Positions 18,992 through 29,700 of a DNA stretch of 64,000 bases are shown piece by piece. Below the pieces are notes generated by a model, which saw nothing but the letters and a program-made list of their open reading frames with translations, did not search any database and was not told where the DNA came from. Source of the stretch: an uncultured archaeon (lineage in GTDB: Archaea; Thermoplasmatota; Penumbrarchaeia; JASLWR01); contig CAYFHS010000001.1 of NCBI GenBank assembly GCA_964342815.1, positions 279,107-343,106 on the forward strand, given 5' to 3'. The position numbers were made by a program, and so were the translations under genes. Each line of letters starts with the position of its first letter. Within the stretch, counting starts at the first letter, position 1.

Positions 18992-19615
18992 TTATTTGCA
19001 CTGTATCAAATTAATCTTTTCGCATACCATTTTTTCTATATCAATCGGATCGGTTTTTATCTTTTCTGAGATTTGGATACCCGACATTGCCAGCAATTCG
19101 TCCCTTAATGGTTCATCGGAAACAATTTCTGGGCTTTTTTGAGGACCGGTTCCGGATATGATCCATTCTTCATTTAGTCCAAGACCGCGTATTAGTCTTC
19201 TCCCACCAGCTATTAGTGATTCTTTGTATCTTAGCTCGAAGTTTTTTCTGTAAGTGATAATGTTCTCCATGGAATAATCCCTTATCAATCCCTCCACTCC
19301 GGCCCGGGGTGATAGAAAGATTAGAAATCTTTTCGACCCTGTAGAAAGACCGAAATGATCCAAAGCGTCCTTGATCTGTCTTTGACCCGATAGCATTAAC
19401 AGGATTTCCAAAGTAAAGGTTCTAGCAAAATTTTCCCCATATGCAAAATTCTTTACGGCATTAATAAATGCAGTATCGAGATGCCTCCTTCCAAGGACTG
19501 ACCCATAGGTTAAACACTGTGTAAAAAGTCCCTCCTCCCTTCCTTTAATATCCAGTGCCGGTAGGAAAGAGGTCGTATCTAAGGAATCTCCACATACCGA
19601 ACTTAAAATATACAA
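18992..19615 (-). CDS. cgi121: KEOPS complex subunit Cgi121
   Basis: Q.L....V.G.RHL..A...A......G.N.A.T..LEILL..SGQRQI.DAL..FG matches Cgi121; a GAGGAAGTGAT SD-like sequence precedes the TTG start. Confidence 0.85.
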   Translation of the reverse strand: MYILSSVCGDSLDTTSFLPALDIKGREEGLFTQCLTYGSVLGRRHLDTAFINAVKNFAYGENFARTFTLEILLMLSGQRQIKDALDHFGLSTGSKRFLIFLSPRAGVEGLIRDYSMENIITYRKNFELRYKESLIAGGRRLIRGLGLNEEWIISGTGPQKSPEIVSDEPLRDELLAMSGIQISEKIKTDPIDIEKMVCEKINLIQCK

Positions 19616-19704
19616 AAGATCACTTCCTCAAAAGGCAGGGGTAGGGTGACCTGATCGGATTGACCGCAAGTGTTTGAAGGGTAGGGTCCAACAGTTTGGC
19701 TCGG

Positions 19705-22700
19705 TCATCCGAGTTTGTGTCCGCACCACAGGCAGAACATGGCTTTTTCGGGTACATCCTGTCCGCATTTCGGACATTTCCCCTCAGGAATCTCTTCCTC
19801 TTCCATTTCCTCCAGTGGTTTTTGGAAATAATCCCTTACGAACACCTCGTTATCGAGGGCGAATGCCACGTATTCCTGACTGCGCTCAATACCTGTTGTA
19901 ATCTTATCGAACATGGAAACGGCCATGGCCTTTCGTATGCTGTCCCGGGCGATCTCCCGGACCTTGTCATAGTCCTTGCTTTCAAGCATTTCTTCCACCG
20001 TGGAAAATATTTCCTGGGCTTCCGAAATGTCCACACCGTTACCGCTCAGCTCATCCAGCTTTGTTCTGACATTGTCCACAACTGCAGAGGCTGCTCTCAG
20101 TTCCTTCTGTTGAATTGCCATCAACTGGGCCTCTTCGGCATAATCAAGGCTATCTTGATATTTCCCCTCCTTGAAGGCCTTCATGGCTGACTTGTATTGT
20201 CCTGTTGGTTCCTTGACGTCCGCCTTAATGGCCTTTGCGGCTTCAATGACCGTTTTCGCAGCTCTCACGGCATCTCTAGCAATATTGGAGAGTTTGTCCA
20301 CCTTGTATCGATCTACATTTGCACCTATTGTAGCACAAATGTCGATGACCATCTGGTATTCTCGGTCCTCAAATGCCTCCGAAGCATCCATCAAGGTGGC
20401 GTTCATGTCGCTAACATCCATGCCGTCCCGCAGACCGTCCCTTATTATATCTCCAGCGTATGCCAGCACATTTGCTGCTTCGATGACCAGTGCAGCATGC
20501 TTTGATTTATCCCCCATTGCCCTGGCGCTTTTGTTCAGTTCCTCGCATTTTTCGAAATCGTTTTCTTTAAGTGCCTCTTCCGCTTCCTTAAGCAATACTT
20601 GGGGTCTGCTGATATCCACCTTATCGGACATCTCTTCAAGGTATTCCCTGGTTGCCTTGAGCTTTTCGGTCAAAAGACTGTGGTAATGCTTGGTATACCG
20701 GTCCTTCAATATCTCCTTTGCCTCTTTTGCAATGTATTGAGCTTCCGGAAATTTTTTCTTCGTTATCAGGGTTTCCACTGGCTGGAGTTTGACAACAATG
20801 TCGCTGGTATCAACTCCGAATTCTTCCAGGTCTTTCAAATATCTATTGCAGTCTTCCAGGATTGTCCCTACGGTTCCCTTCTTGAAATCGTCCCTGAACC
20901 TTGCAGCGATAACCTTTGCCTCCTTTGCAAGTTCAAAGGCCGCTGCAACCTCCTCTTCTTCCACATTTTGGGCAACTTGGGTAAGAACCTTCTCCAGCTC
21001 GGCAACATCTTTTCCCTTTACCTTCAGTTTTTCAGCCAATGCAGTTGCTACCTTTTGGTTCTTCTCGGTTTCGTCCTTCATGTAGGTGATCCTTGACTCC
21101 TTGGTTATCTCCTGGGCTTCATTGGAATGCTCAATGGCCAGCGGGTACTCCTTTTTTTCCAGTGCCGCCTTTGCCTTCGTGAACATTTCTTGAGCCTGTG
21201 AAACGTTGGCACCCAGGTTCTTCACCTCTAAAAGGAAATCGTGGGTTGCCAAGAGAGAATCGATAACATAGTGATAATACAGGCGATCTGCCTGAGAATG
21301 TGCCTCTTCCGCCAGATTCTCCACCGAATCGAAATCCTTTTCCTTCAATTTTTCAGTAGCCGAATTCAAAAGATCAGTGGAGCCCGTAAGATTCACTTTT
21401 CCACCGGTAACCTCTACAATCTCTGACAGGAAATCGGCCATCTCCTTTACCATATCCTGACATTTTAACTGCCGGAAATCCTCCCAGAGCGCGTCCCCGG
21501 TAACAAAAGCCCTCTCGATCACTTCTAATGACTCTCGGTAGCGGGAACTCTCGATCAGGACGGTCGCTTCCTCCAGAAGACTTCTTGCCTCCATAATATT
21601 ACAGCCCTCTTCCTCCATTGCCTCAAGCTTCTTCGATGCCTCGTCCCTCCTGCCGATGGCCTTATCCTTGAAATCCCCGGTAATCTTGGCGCCTATGGTT
21701 TCCCTTATGGCTCTCAATGAATCTATGGCATCGTAGAATTTCCCCTCATCCTTCAAAGCCGAAGCCGAGGCGATGGCTTCCTTTTCCGGCTGAATATCAA
21801 TCGAGAGATTTTTCGCCTCGCCCATACCAGTTCGTAGAAACGAGATCTCCTCCTTGATTATCTCTTTCAATTTGGCATCCAACAGCTCTTTCAATGGTAT
21901 CTTTGCATTATCGGATACCTCTCGGGCTTTTACGTAATCTTCCTGCTCGAAAAATCCGAGGCTCTCAGTCTGCATTTCGATTATTGGTCCGTGCTCTATC
22001 TCCAACCTGACAGCTTCATCCATCATTTCTTTGAGTTCGGTTGCGGAAACCGCGGCTTTCTCCTTTAAAAATTCCTTTTTGTTCTCGAGAGCCATATCCA
22101 TGGCCTTCAAAGCCTGTTCCTTTGACTTGTCGTAATTCTCCCTCTCGAAGGCCGTCTTTGATTTGAACAGAAGCGCCTGGGGACGCATGACATCCACACC
22201 AAGCTCTTCACATTCCTCGACGATTTCCAGAAAATCGCCGAATATATGTTTTATCTCATTAACCAGTTTATCCCTTTTCCCACCTTGGACCAAAATAATG
22301 ATTTCTTGGGAGGTCTCCATGGATTTATCATATTCGCTATTGGTGATAAGTTCCCCTGCTGTCACAATGAGTACTTCAATGGAAGCGGGGTCGGGGTAAA
22401 GTTCTTTAAATGGTTCGTAAATGTTTTTTGCTTTCTCTAGCTCAGCCAATGCGTTCTCCTTTCGTTTTGCATCGATCTTGGAACTAAACAGAGCTTCAAT
22501 TTCCTGAAAGACGACAATAGCTTCTTCGAACATATAATCGGTCATTCGTTCTGAGGCTTCATTTAAGAGTGTCTCCTCATTTCCAATATCGATCTCCAGC
22601 TCTATGGCTGATTGCTTAAGCACGTTGGTCTTTTCGGAATACGCCCGGGCTTCTTCAAATTTCTCCGTCTGACCTTTAATCTCCTCTTTCATCTCCTCAA

Positions 22701-24825
22701 AGACGCCCATCTTGTTCTGAGCTTCCTGGAGATTACCGGCTTCGAGAAGCACTTTTGCATCTTCGATCAGTTTTTTTACCTCTTCCTTGTGGGAATCGGC
22801 AAAATATTCTATAATCTCGAATCCGGCATAGAATTGAAATGCCGTGTCGATATCAGTAGCCAACACTTCGCTTAGATATTTTTGATTGATCTCCTCCAGC
22901 GTTTTCTTCGTACCCAGAAGTGTTAGACAACCTTTCACGAAATCCTGGGATTTGATGGACAATATCCCCTGTTTAAATGTATCTTTTGCCTTGCCCAGTT
23001 CAACTCCGGCGCTGTTAAGCGTGTTATAAAGTCCCTTTGTGGAACCCAGCAGTTGGCTTGCAAGCCTTCTTGCTTCAACGCTCTTTGCGTTATTGATCAT
23101 CTCGCTTAAGAGGGGTATGAATTCCTCTACTTTTTCAAAATCGTTGGCAACTATGTTCTCATTGATATTTCCCAGCATTTCCTCGCCTGGGCCAATCTCT
23201 AAACCGATCTCCTTGATGACCGTTATATCCGCTTCCATTTCATTAGCCTGCAGAGAGTATTTTTCGAAAAGGAAAGAATTTCTCTCATTCTCGATCCCAA
23301 GCGTAAACTCTCTTATGAGCGCTTCTATTTGGTCGAAGTTGTTTTCGTCCAGTAACTGCTTAATGTTATCAATTTGTTCATGCAGTTCTGGAAATTCTTT
23401 CCCCGTTAAGGTTTTTAGTGAATCCAAAGAACTATTGGCATCTTCAAGTTGTTGGGTGAATTTGTCCTTTAATTGTTTGTTAATCTTGACCGAAAGTGAG
23501 GTTTTTATTTCCATCAGATTATTGTAAGCCTCCTTGCGACGCTCTTCTTTTCGAAGTTCCTCCACCTTTTCGAGAGCGCTGACCTCCTCGGATATATCGG
23601 CTTCTAAAGATCTTGCTTTTTCCATGATCTCGGGAAGGGTCGAAAGTTCATTGGTGATTACTTCTGCCAATCTGTTTTTTATTTGCGGATTTAGTACCAA
23701 CGCGGCCTGTTCTGAGAATTCTTTGACCCTCACCACGAAATCCTCGATCTTTTTAAATTCTTTATTCTCAAGGCTGGCTTTGTATTTGTTGAACGGGTCT
23801 TCAAATATGCTGACATCGATCCCCACATCGCGTGCCTGGTTAATCAAGTCCCCGACACCTGTCAGAGAAAGCGAGGCATTTTCGAAGAAGTATTTTTCTT
23901 CCGCACTCTCAAGCATTTTCTTGACATTGTTCGTCAATTGGGCGCCTTTGATATATTCCTCCGATTTGATGGCCAGGATCGCTTCTTTGAATAATTCCTT
24001 CTCCTCTTCAAGAGCAAGGCCGTATCCTTTCACCTTTCCGAAAAGAGTTCTGGTGGTAGTTATCAGGTCCTTCGCAATATTTTTCATCCGTTCTCCCTTT
24101 GCCGCCGCCGCCAAGGCCGCTCGGATCATGGAGAGATCGGTGACCGGCGCGGCTGCTGGTGTTGAATCTGGTTCTTCCGCTGGTGCGGGCACGGTTTCAG
24201 CAGTTTCATCACTCTTCTCCGGAGATCCCTGGTCTTCTATTGCCGCGGGTTCCACAGGTGCAGACCCTTGGGGCTCCTCCGTTTCTTCTTCCTCTCCTGA
24301 TTCCGGTGTTGCTTCTGTTGCCGAGGATTCCACAGGTGCAGATCCTTGGGGCTCCTCCGTTTCCGGTGCCGTTTCTTCTTCCTCTCCTGATTCCGGTATT
24401 GCTTCTGTTGCCGTGGATTCCACGGGTGCAGATCCTTGGGGCTCCTCCGTTTCCGGTACAGTTTCTTTTTCCTCTTCTGATTCCGGTATTGTTTCTGTTG
24501 CTGTGGGTTCGGGGGGTGCTGACTCTACTGGACCCGTTTCCGGTAGAACTCCCTCTTCCTCCGGTGACTCTTGAAGGGGTTCTTCTGTTGTGGCTTCTAC
24601 CGATAACTCTTCTGTCTCAGTAACTGGTGCTTCATCAGGAAGTTCTTGTTTTGTCTGTGGTATCGGTGTTTCTTCCGGTGGGAGCTCAGCAGGTTCTTCC
24701 TGCGGAGGCTCTTGGTCCGGTTCCGCAATAGGTGCTGTCGACGGTGTAGCAACCCCTTTTTCCTCGGGTTCGCTCATCTCTTTTTCGTTGACACGATTAG
24801 TGTTCTCCAATTCTTCATCCCCCAT
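19705..24825 (-). CDS. Giant alpha-helical repeat protein (1706 aa) with acidic Pro-rich N-terminus and C-terminal zinc ribbon
   Basis: Recurrent roughly 55-65-aa units of the type G.D.S.A..LL..A...F....Y..A; C-terminal CPKCG...CLWCG; no signal peptide, TM helix or Walker motif seen. Confidence 0.85.
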   Translation of the reverse strand: MGDEELENTNRVNEKEMSEPEEKGVATPSTAPIAEPDQEPPQEEPAELPPEETPIPQTKQELPDEAPVTETEELSVEATTEEPLQESPEEEGVLPETGPVESAPPEPTATETIPESEEEKETVPETEEPQGSAPVESTATEAIPESGEEEETAPETEEPQGSAPVESSATEATPESGEEEETEEPQGSAPVEPAAIEDQGSPEKSDETAETVPAPAEEPDSTPAAAPVTDLSMIRAALAAAAKGERMKNIAKDLITTTRTLFGKVKGYGLALEEEKELFKEAILAIKSEEYIKGAQLTNNVKKMLESAEEKYFFENASLSLTGVGDLINQARDVGIDVSIFEDPFNKYKASLENKEFKKIEDFVVRVKEFSEQAALVLNPQIKNRLAEVITNELSTLPEIMEKARSLEADISEEVSALEKVEELRKEERRKEAYNNLMEIKTSLSVKINKQLKDKFTQQLEDANSSLDSLKTLTGKEFPELHEQIDNIKQLLDENNFDQIEALIREFTLGIENERNSFLFEKYSLQANEMEADITVIKEIGLEIGPGEEMLGNINENIVANDFEKVEEFIPLLSEMINNAKSVEARRLASQLLGSTKGLYNTLNSAGVELGKAKDTFKQGILSIKSQDFVKGCLTLLGTKKTLEEINQKYLSEVLATDIDTAFQFYAGFEIIEYFADSHKEEVKKLIEDAKVLLEAGNLQEAQNKMGVFEEMKEEIKGQTEKFEEARAYSEKTNVLKQSAIELEIDIGNEETLLNEASERMTDYMFEEAIVVFQEIEALFSSKIDAKRKENALAELEKAKNIYEPFKELYPDPASIEVLIVTAGELITNSEYDKSMETSQEIIILVQGGKRDKLVNEIKHIFGDFLEIVEECEELGVDVMRPQALLFKSKTAFERENYDKSKEQALKAMDMALENKKEFLKEKAAVSATELKEMMDEAVRLEIEHGPIIEMQTESLGFFEQEDYVKAREVSDNAKIPLKELLDAKLKEIIKEEISFLRTGMGEAKNLSIDIQPEKEAIASASALKDEGKFYDAIDSLRAIRETIGAKITGDFKDKAIGRRDEASKKLEAMEEEGCNIMEARSLLEEATVLIESSRYRESLEVIERAFVTGDALWEDFRQLKCQDMVKEMADFLSEIVEVTGGKVNLTGSTDLLNSATEKLKEKDFDSVENLAEEAHSQADRLYYHYVIDSLLATHDFLLEVKNLGANVSQAQEMFTKAKAALEKKEYPLAIEHSNEAQEITKESRITYMKDETEKNQKVATALAEKLKVKGKDVAELEKVLTQVAQNVEEEEVAAAFELAKEAKVIAARFRDDFKKGTVGTILEDCNRYLKDLEEFGVDTSDIVVKLQPVETLITKKKFPEAQYIAKEAKEILKDRYTKHYHSLLTEKLKATREYLEEMSDKVDISRPQVLLKEAEEALKENDFEKCEELNKSARAMGDKSKHAALVIEAANVLAYAGDIIRDGLRDGMDVSDMNATLMDASEAFEDREYQMVIDICATIGANVDRYKVDKLSNIARDAVRAAKTVIEAAKAIKADVKEPTGQYKSAMKAFKEGKYQDSLDYAEEAQLMAIQQKELRAASAVVDNVRTKLDELSGNGVDISEAQEIFSTVEEMLESKDYDKVREIARDSIRKAMAVSMFDKITTGIERSQEYVAFALDNEVFVRDYFQKPLEEMEEEEIPEGKCPKCGQDVPEKAMFCLWCGHKLG
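24245..24495 (-). repeat. Intragenic repeat encoding EEEET(AP)ETEEPQGSAPVES.ATEA.PES (about 3.5 copies)
   Basis: ccttggggctcctccgtttc...tgattccggt occurs three times in the DNA. Confidence 0.9.
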
Positions 24826-24828
24826 GAT

Positions 24829-26763
24829 TTATTCCTCCTTTTTCTTGAGTTCTTCCAGGTTTGCCACCAGATCGCTGGGAAGGTCGATTCCGAGAGCTTT
24901 CATCTCCGCTATCATTTCTTCCAATTGCATGATCTCGGTTCGGTACTGATCCCGGCGATAGTTATTCAAATGTTCCTCTTTAGATTTTGCGAAACTTTCG
25001 AGTATTTTATCCAAAGCCAAGTAATCCTCGGATTCCAGCACGTTCATTCCGGAATCGATGATTTCATCCAGATCGGGGTACCCTCTTTCCGTTTTGGCAG
25101 AAATTCCGGAGATTTCCTCCCTGGCTTTCTCGATCTTTTCAATGTAAATCTCCTTGCGTCGCAGTGATATCTTTCGATCCACTGACCGTTTCAGTTCTTC
25201 GACATCGTTTATAACTTCACGGTATTTACCTTCTTTATTCAATAATTCAATTTTAAGGAATTCTTCTATCTCTTCAGTGATATCCGCCCCAATGTCCTTG
25301 GCCTCTTCCATTTCATGCTGTATCGTGGGAAACTTCAATGCAATTATATCCTGCAATTTACCATATATCGTTTCAGTCAGTTTTCCCATTGCTTCAACAG
25401 CTGTATTATTGGCCTTCTCAAGCTTGCCGCTGCCATGCAGCTCACTAACTATTTCGAATACTTTTTCGAAACGGGATATGTCAATATCAAGTTCCGCAGC
25501 TTCCTGAATCAGTTCACCAGCTTCCTCCAAAAGGGATTTGACGTTTTTCACGTAGAAATCCTCGCGAGCATCCTTTACGGCTTTATCGGCTTCCACTGCC
25601 AGCCGGTAAGCATCGGCGTATTCGAGCTTCTCGAAGACGTATTTTGCTTTGTATAGATATGCTTCGGATTTTAAGGTGTAGGCACCCATTTCCTCGTTTT
25701 CTATCAACGATTTTTCGATATTTATCAGAAGATTACTAAGCTCTTTAATTTGCTTGTTGCCCCTGGCTTCTTCGATTATCTGAATCGTTTCCGAGGATAT
25801 CTCAAAGGCGTTCTTGTATTCACCAGCTTCGAATAGGGATTTTGCATTTTCCAGCCTCGCATCAATGTCTGAAAGATCAATATTATCCTGATTCGCTTCC
25901 ATCAGTGCTTGTCCTTTTTCGATCCCCGTGCGAGCGTCTTCTATCATTTTCTGCTCTATTTTATCTTCAAGGTTTTTCCCAGTTTCTTCCAGCATGGATA
26001 AGGCTTCCTCAACCTTCCGACATTCCAACAATTCATCGGCTTTTCCAAGCTTTTCAAGTTCCAGGGAGATGTCTATCGATCCGTCATTTGTCGTTTTTAC
26101 AAGCTCGTTCACATTTTCGCGGAAGATTATAAATTCCTCTTTTTTCTGGAGGTTCAACTTAACAGCAGTCTCTTTTACCGTGTATTCGTTGAGTTTCATT
26201 ATTGCTTTTTTGAATTCGTGGCAATTGTAGAGCGATTCTATCTCGTTTAATTCCTCTGCCATCATCCGTTTATTTTCTCCAGTAAATATGTTGCACAAAG
26301 TAATATCATTGAGAAAATTCCGGGGTCGTGCCAGGGATTTGGTTATATATTCCTTTTGCGATTTCTCCAGCATTGATTTTGTCTTCAGGGTCAATTGACA
26401 GCCTTTGATGTATTCCTTGTTCTTTATTGCCATGACAGCCTGTTTGAAGGTCTCCCTTTCCTTTGGAAGCTCCAATCCAAAATCTTTCAAGCGTGTGAAT
26501 ATGGATTTCGTGGTATTGATCATCTCTCTTGCGACGTTTTTCATCTGGTCGCCTTTTGCAGCTTCCGCAAGAGCGCTCTTGATCCTGGAGATCCCATTCT
26601 CGGCTTTTTTAAATTCGTGCTCTACATTTTTTTCTGATACTGTTGCAGGTTCACCATTCGGCCCAACCACCCTAGGAGCTTCCGTAACATTATCTCCAGC
26701 AGTCGAACCCGGTTCATCCGGGGAACCTTCATCAACGGGAGATTTCACTTCCTCATCGTCCAT
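24829..26763 (-). CDS. Alpha-helical repeat protein (644 aa), paralog of both neighbours
   Basis: Shares ALA.AAKG..MKN.A...I.TT...F..LK..GL.L..E.E.FK.A..AIK..EYIKG.QLT with the 1706-aa protein and its C-terminus with the 1478-aa protein. Confidence 0.85.
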   Translation of the reverse strand: MDDEEVKSPVDEGSPDEPGSTAGDNVTEAPRVVGPNGEPATVSEKNVEHEFKKAENGISRIKSALAEAAKGDQMKNVAREMINTTKSIFTRLKDFGLELPKERETFKQAVMAIKNKEYIKGCQLTLKTKSMLEKSQKEYITKSLARPRNFLNDITLCNIFTGENKRMMAEELNEIESLYNCHEFKKAIMKLNEYTVKETAVKLNLQKKEEFIIFRENVNELVKTTNDGSIDISLELEKLGKADELLECRKVEEALSMLEETGKNLEDKIEQKMIEDARTGIEKGQALMEANQDNIDLSDIDARLENAKSLFEAGEYKNAFEISSETIQIIEEARGNKQIKELSNLLINIEKSLIENEEMGAYTLKSEAYLYKAKYVFEKLEYADAYRLAVEADKAVKDAREDFYVKNVKSLLEEAGELIQEAAELDIDISRFEKVFEIVSELHGSGKLEKANNTAVEAMGKLTETIYGKLQDIIALKFPTIQHEMEEAKDIGADITEEIEEFLKIELLNKEGKYREVINDVEELKRSVDRKISLRRKEIYIEKIEKAREEISGISAKTERGYPDLDEIIDSGMNVLESEDYLALDKILESFAKSKEEHLNNYRRDQYRTEIMQLEEMIAEMKALGIDLPSDLVANLEELKKKEE

Positions 26764-26766
26764 GAT

Positions 26767-29700
26767 CTAAGCCTCTTTTCGTTTTAATGCTTCTAAATTA
26801 CTCAATATCTCCGCAGGTACTTCGAGCCCGAGGTTATTCATTTCCGAGATTATCGTTTCAAGCTGGGTGATTTCCTCCCGGTATTTATCATCCTGGTGCT
26901 GACGGTATGCTTCATCCTTTCCTTTTGAGAAATTCTCGAGTGTGGAATCCACATCCTCAAAATCTTCGGAATCCAGTTTGCTATTTGCGGAATTAATGAG
27001 CTGAGTCAGGTCAGGGTGCTCCTTGCCGGTTTCCTCCTGCAAGGCCGCCAATTCGTTCCTGGCTTCGTCGATATTTAACAAATATTTATCTTTCTTGCTG
27101 GTAGTAATCTTCTCGATAACCTTTTCCTTGATTCCCACCATCTCTTCTTTTGCTTCGGGGAATTTCCCTTCCGCTATTAAAACCTCTATTCTTCCCAAGA
27201 TTTCACGGTATTCCTTTACATCCACCTCTATGGTCTCCGCCTCTTCAATTTTTTTTCGTAACGCTTCAGATTCGGCATTGACAATATCCGGTATTCTGGA
27301 TTGTATAATATTCCTAATCTTCTTTCTCGCTTCGAAGGCTAGAGCATTACCTTCCTCGAGCTCACCATTGTTGAAATGGGATTCCGATTGGGCGATCATA
27401 TTCTCGATTTCCACCGTGTCAATATCGCAAGCCTTCGCTTCCTTCAACAGATTCTCCACTTCGGAAATGAATGGTGAGGTGTTGGATTTATAAAATTCTT
27501 TCCTTGCCAGCATTGCGCTGCTCTCAGCCTTGGATGCAAGTTCATAAATATCATCGTAGATTTCCTTATTGAAAAGGTACGCTGCTTTATAGAGAAGGGC
27601 TTCAGACTGGATTACTTCGGCCCCCATTTCTGAGTTTTCATCTATGATTTCCTGGATTTTATCCAGTATTCCCTTTAAATATTCAGGTTTGGCTTTGATT
27701 AGTAAATTCTTGATCTCCGAGGTCATTTGGCAGCCTTTTACATACTCTTCACCTTTGATCAATAATACTGCCTGTTTGAACATTTCCTTTTCGTTGTCAA
27801 GAGGAATGTCCCAATCCTTGTATTGTTCCAGAAGCTTTTTTGCTTCTCCTACTAAAACTCTCGCTCTGTCCCGCGCTTTAACGGTACTGGCCTCCTCAAG
27901 TAACGAGTTTAGAGAATCGAATTCCTCATGAAAAGCTGGAAAATCGAATCTTGAAAGGGAGTCACCCGCCAAGCTCAAGAGTTCTTCTGTTCCCGCGACA
28001 TCGATTTCAAGTTCTCGCAATGACGTCATTTCCTCTTTTTTCTGTGAGAGACGGTCGGAGAGTTCCCCGGCCATTTGGACGTTCATTCTATTATCGTTTT
28101 TTCGGTTATATTCTCCTAGGGAGGCCTCAGCGGAAAGAATATCATCATACTCTAGGGCCTTACCTGCCATTTTAAGATAGAATTGTAGTTCATTGTGAAG
28201 TTCATCTTTCTTGAGATTTTCAAGTACTTGTTCCGCTTCTCCTATTTCCTTGATTTTAATTTCCTTCCTTTTTCCAAGAATCTTTTCTTCCAGTCTCTCG
28301 TGAGCCTCTTTTACGGATTTCAATGCTTCTTCAAAATTTCCTTCCTCCTTCAGAGCGTCCGCGGATGAAATTTTGTTTGTTTCCTTTTCGATATCAATGT
28401 CGAGTTCTTTGGCTTTTTCTACTATCTTTTCGGACGCAGTCATCTCTGTTTCAATTCTGTTCCGCAGTTCAGCGTTGACAGGTTCGCTCAATATTTTTAT
28501 TCCTTCAGCAGTTAGCTTGGAAGCTTCTTCGAATTTCTCTTCTTCCGCCAGACTGCGGCTTTTTTCCACGGTCTCATTAATAGAGGAAACATTCAATCCG
28601 AGATTCTCTGCCTCGACCACCAACCGGCCCAATTCATTCATTGTATTTGCGGCCAGATCACTATGGTAATTCCTTTCGGTCTCCAGAAGCTTTTGTTCCG
28701 TTCCAAGAACCAGTTGGCATCCTTTGAGATACTTTTGTGCTTTTATAGCCTGGATCCCGTCCTTGAACATTGATTTTTCCCCGTCCAGTTCAAGTGAAAA
28801 TCCCCCAAGTTTCGTTAACATACCCTTTGTCCTTGTGATTAGCTCCTTTGCCAAACCTTTCGCTTTACGGACCTCGGCATCGTTAAATAATCCACTCAAT
28901 TTATTAGACATATCCATAAATCCGGGAATGTCTCCCGCATCACCCAGTTCTTTTAGGATGGATATTTGTTTCGTCGAATCATCTGTAGAAAGACTAAGTT
29001 CACCCATGACTTTATTTATCCCTTCGAAATGTTCATTTCTCGAATTGAACAACTGGTTCTGGGCCTCTTTGATGAATCCTTTAGCAGATTCGACATCTCT
29101 ATTTTCGAATGCATACTTGGCCCGGTACAATTGAGATTCACCGGACGTTACATCGATACCTAGTCCCTGGTTTCCATCGATAAGTTTCTGGGAATTGTCG
29201 AAAAGCTCAGCCATAATGGCAGAAATATTTTTTTGCTTGAAAAAATCGATATCCCTAATGATCTTTTCCGTCAGCTCAATACTCTCGACATGAGCGTCTT
29301 TATCGATCAGTTCCTTGGCTCTGGTGATTTCTTCCTTGACTCTTTCCGAATCCTCGATGATTTCTTTGTTGGCCTTCAATCCGTTCACGGCAGTTTCAAA
29401 CCTCGAAGCAGCTATCTCTGAGTACTTTTTATCGATCTTTTCCCCAAGCTTATCGATTATACTGTCAAGTTGGGATATGGCTTCGCTGAAATTTAAATTT
29501 TCGATCAAGCCCACTGATTGGGAATACAGTGTTTCTTCTTCCGATATATCGATTTCTATGTCCTTTGATGTAGACCTGAGCTCTTCTATCTTTTCCTTTT
29601 GTTCCTCGGTCCTGTCGTGATCTTCGATTTTTTTCTTCATTTCAGATTCGATTTCTATGACTGATGGTAATTTTATCGAAGCTTCGAGAAATTTTTCACT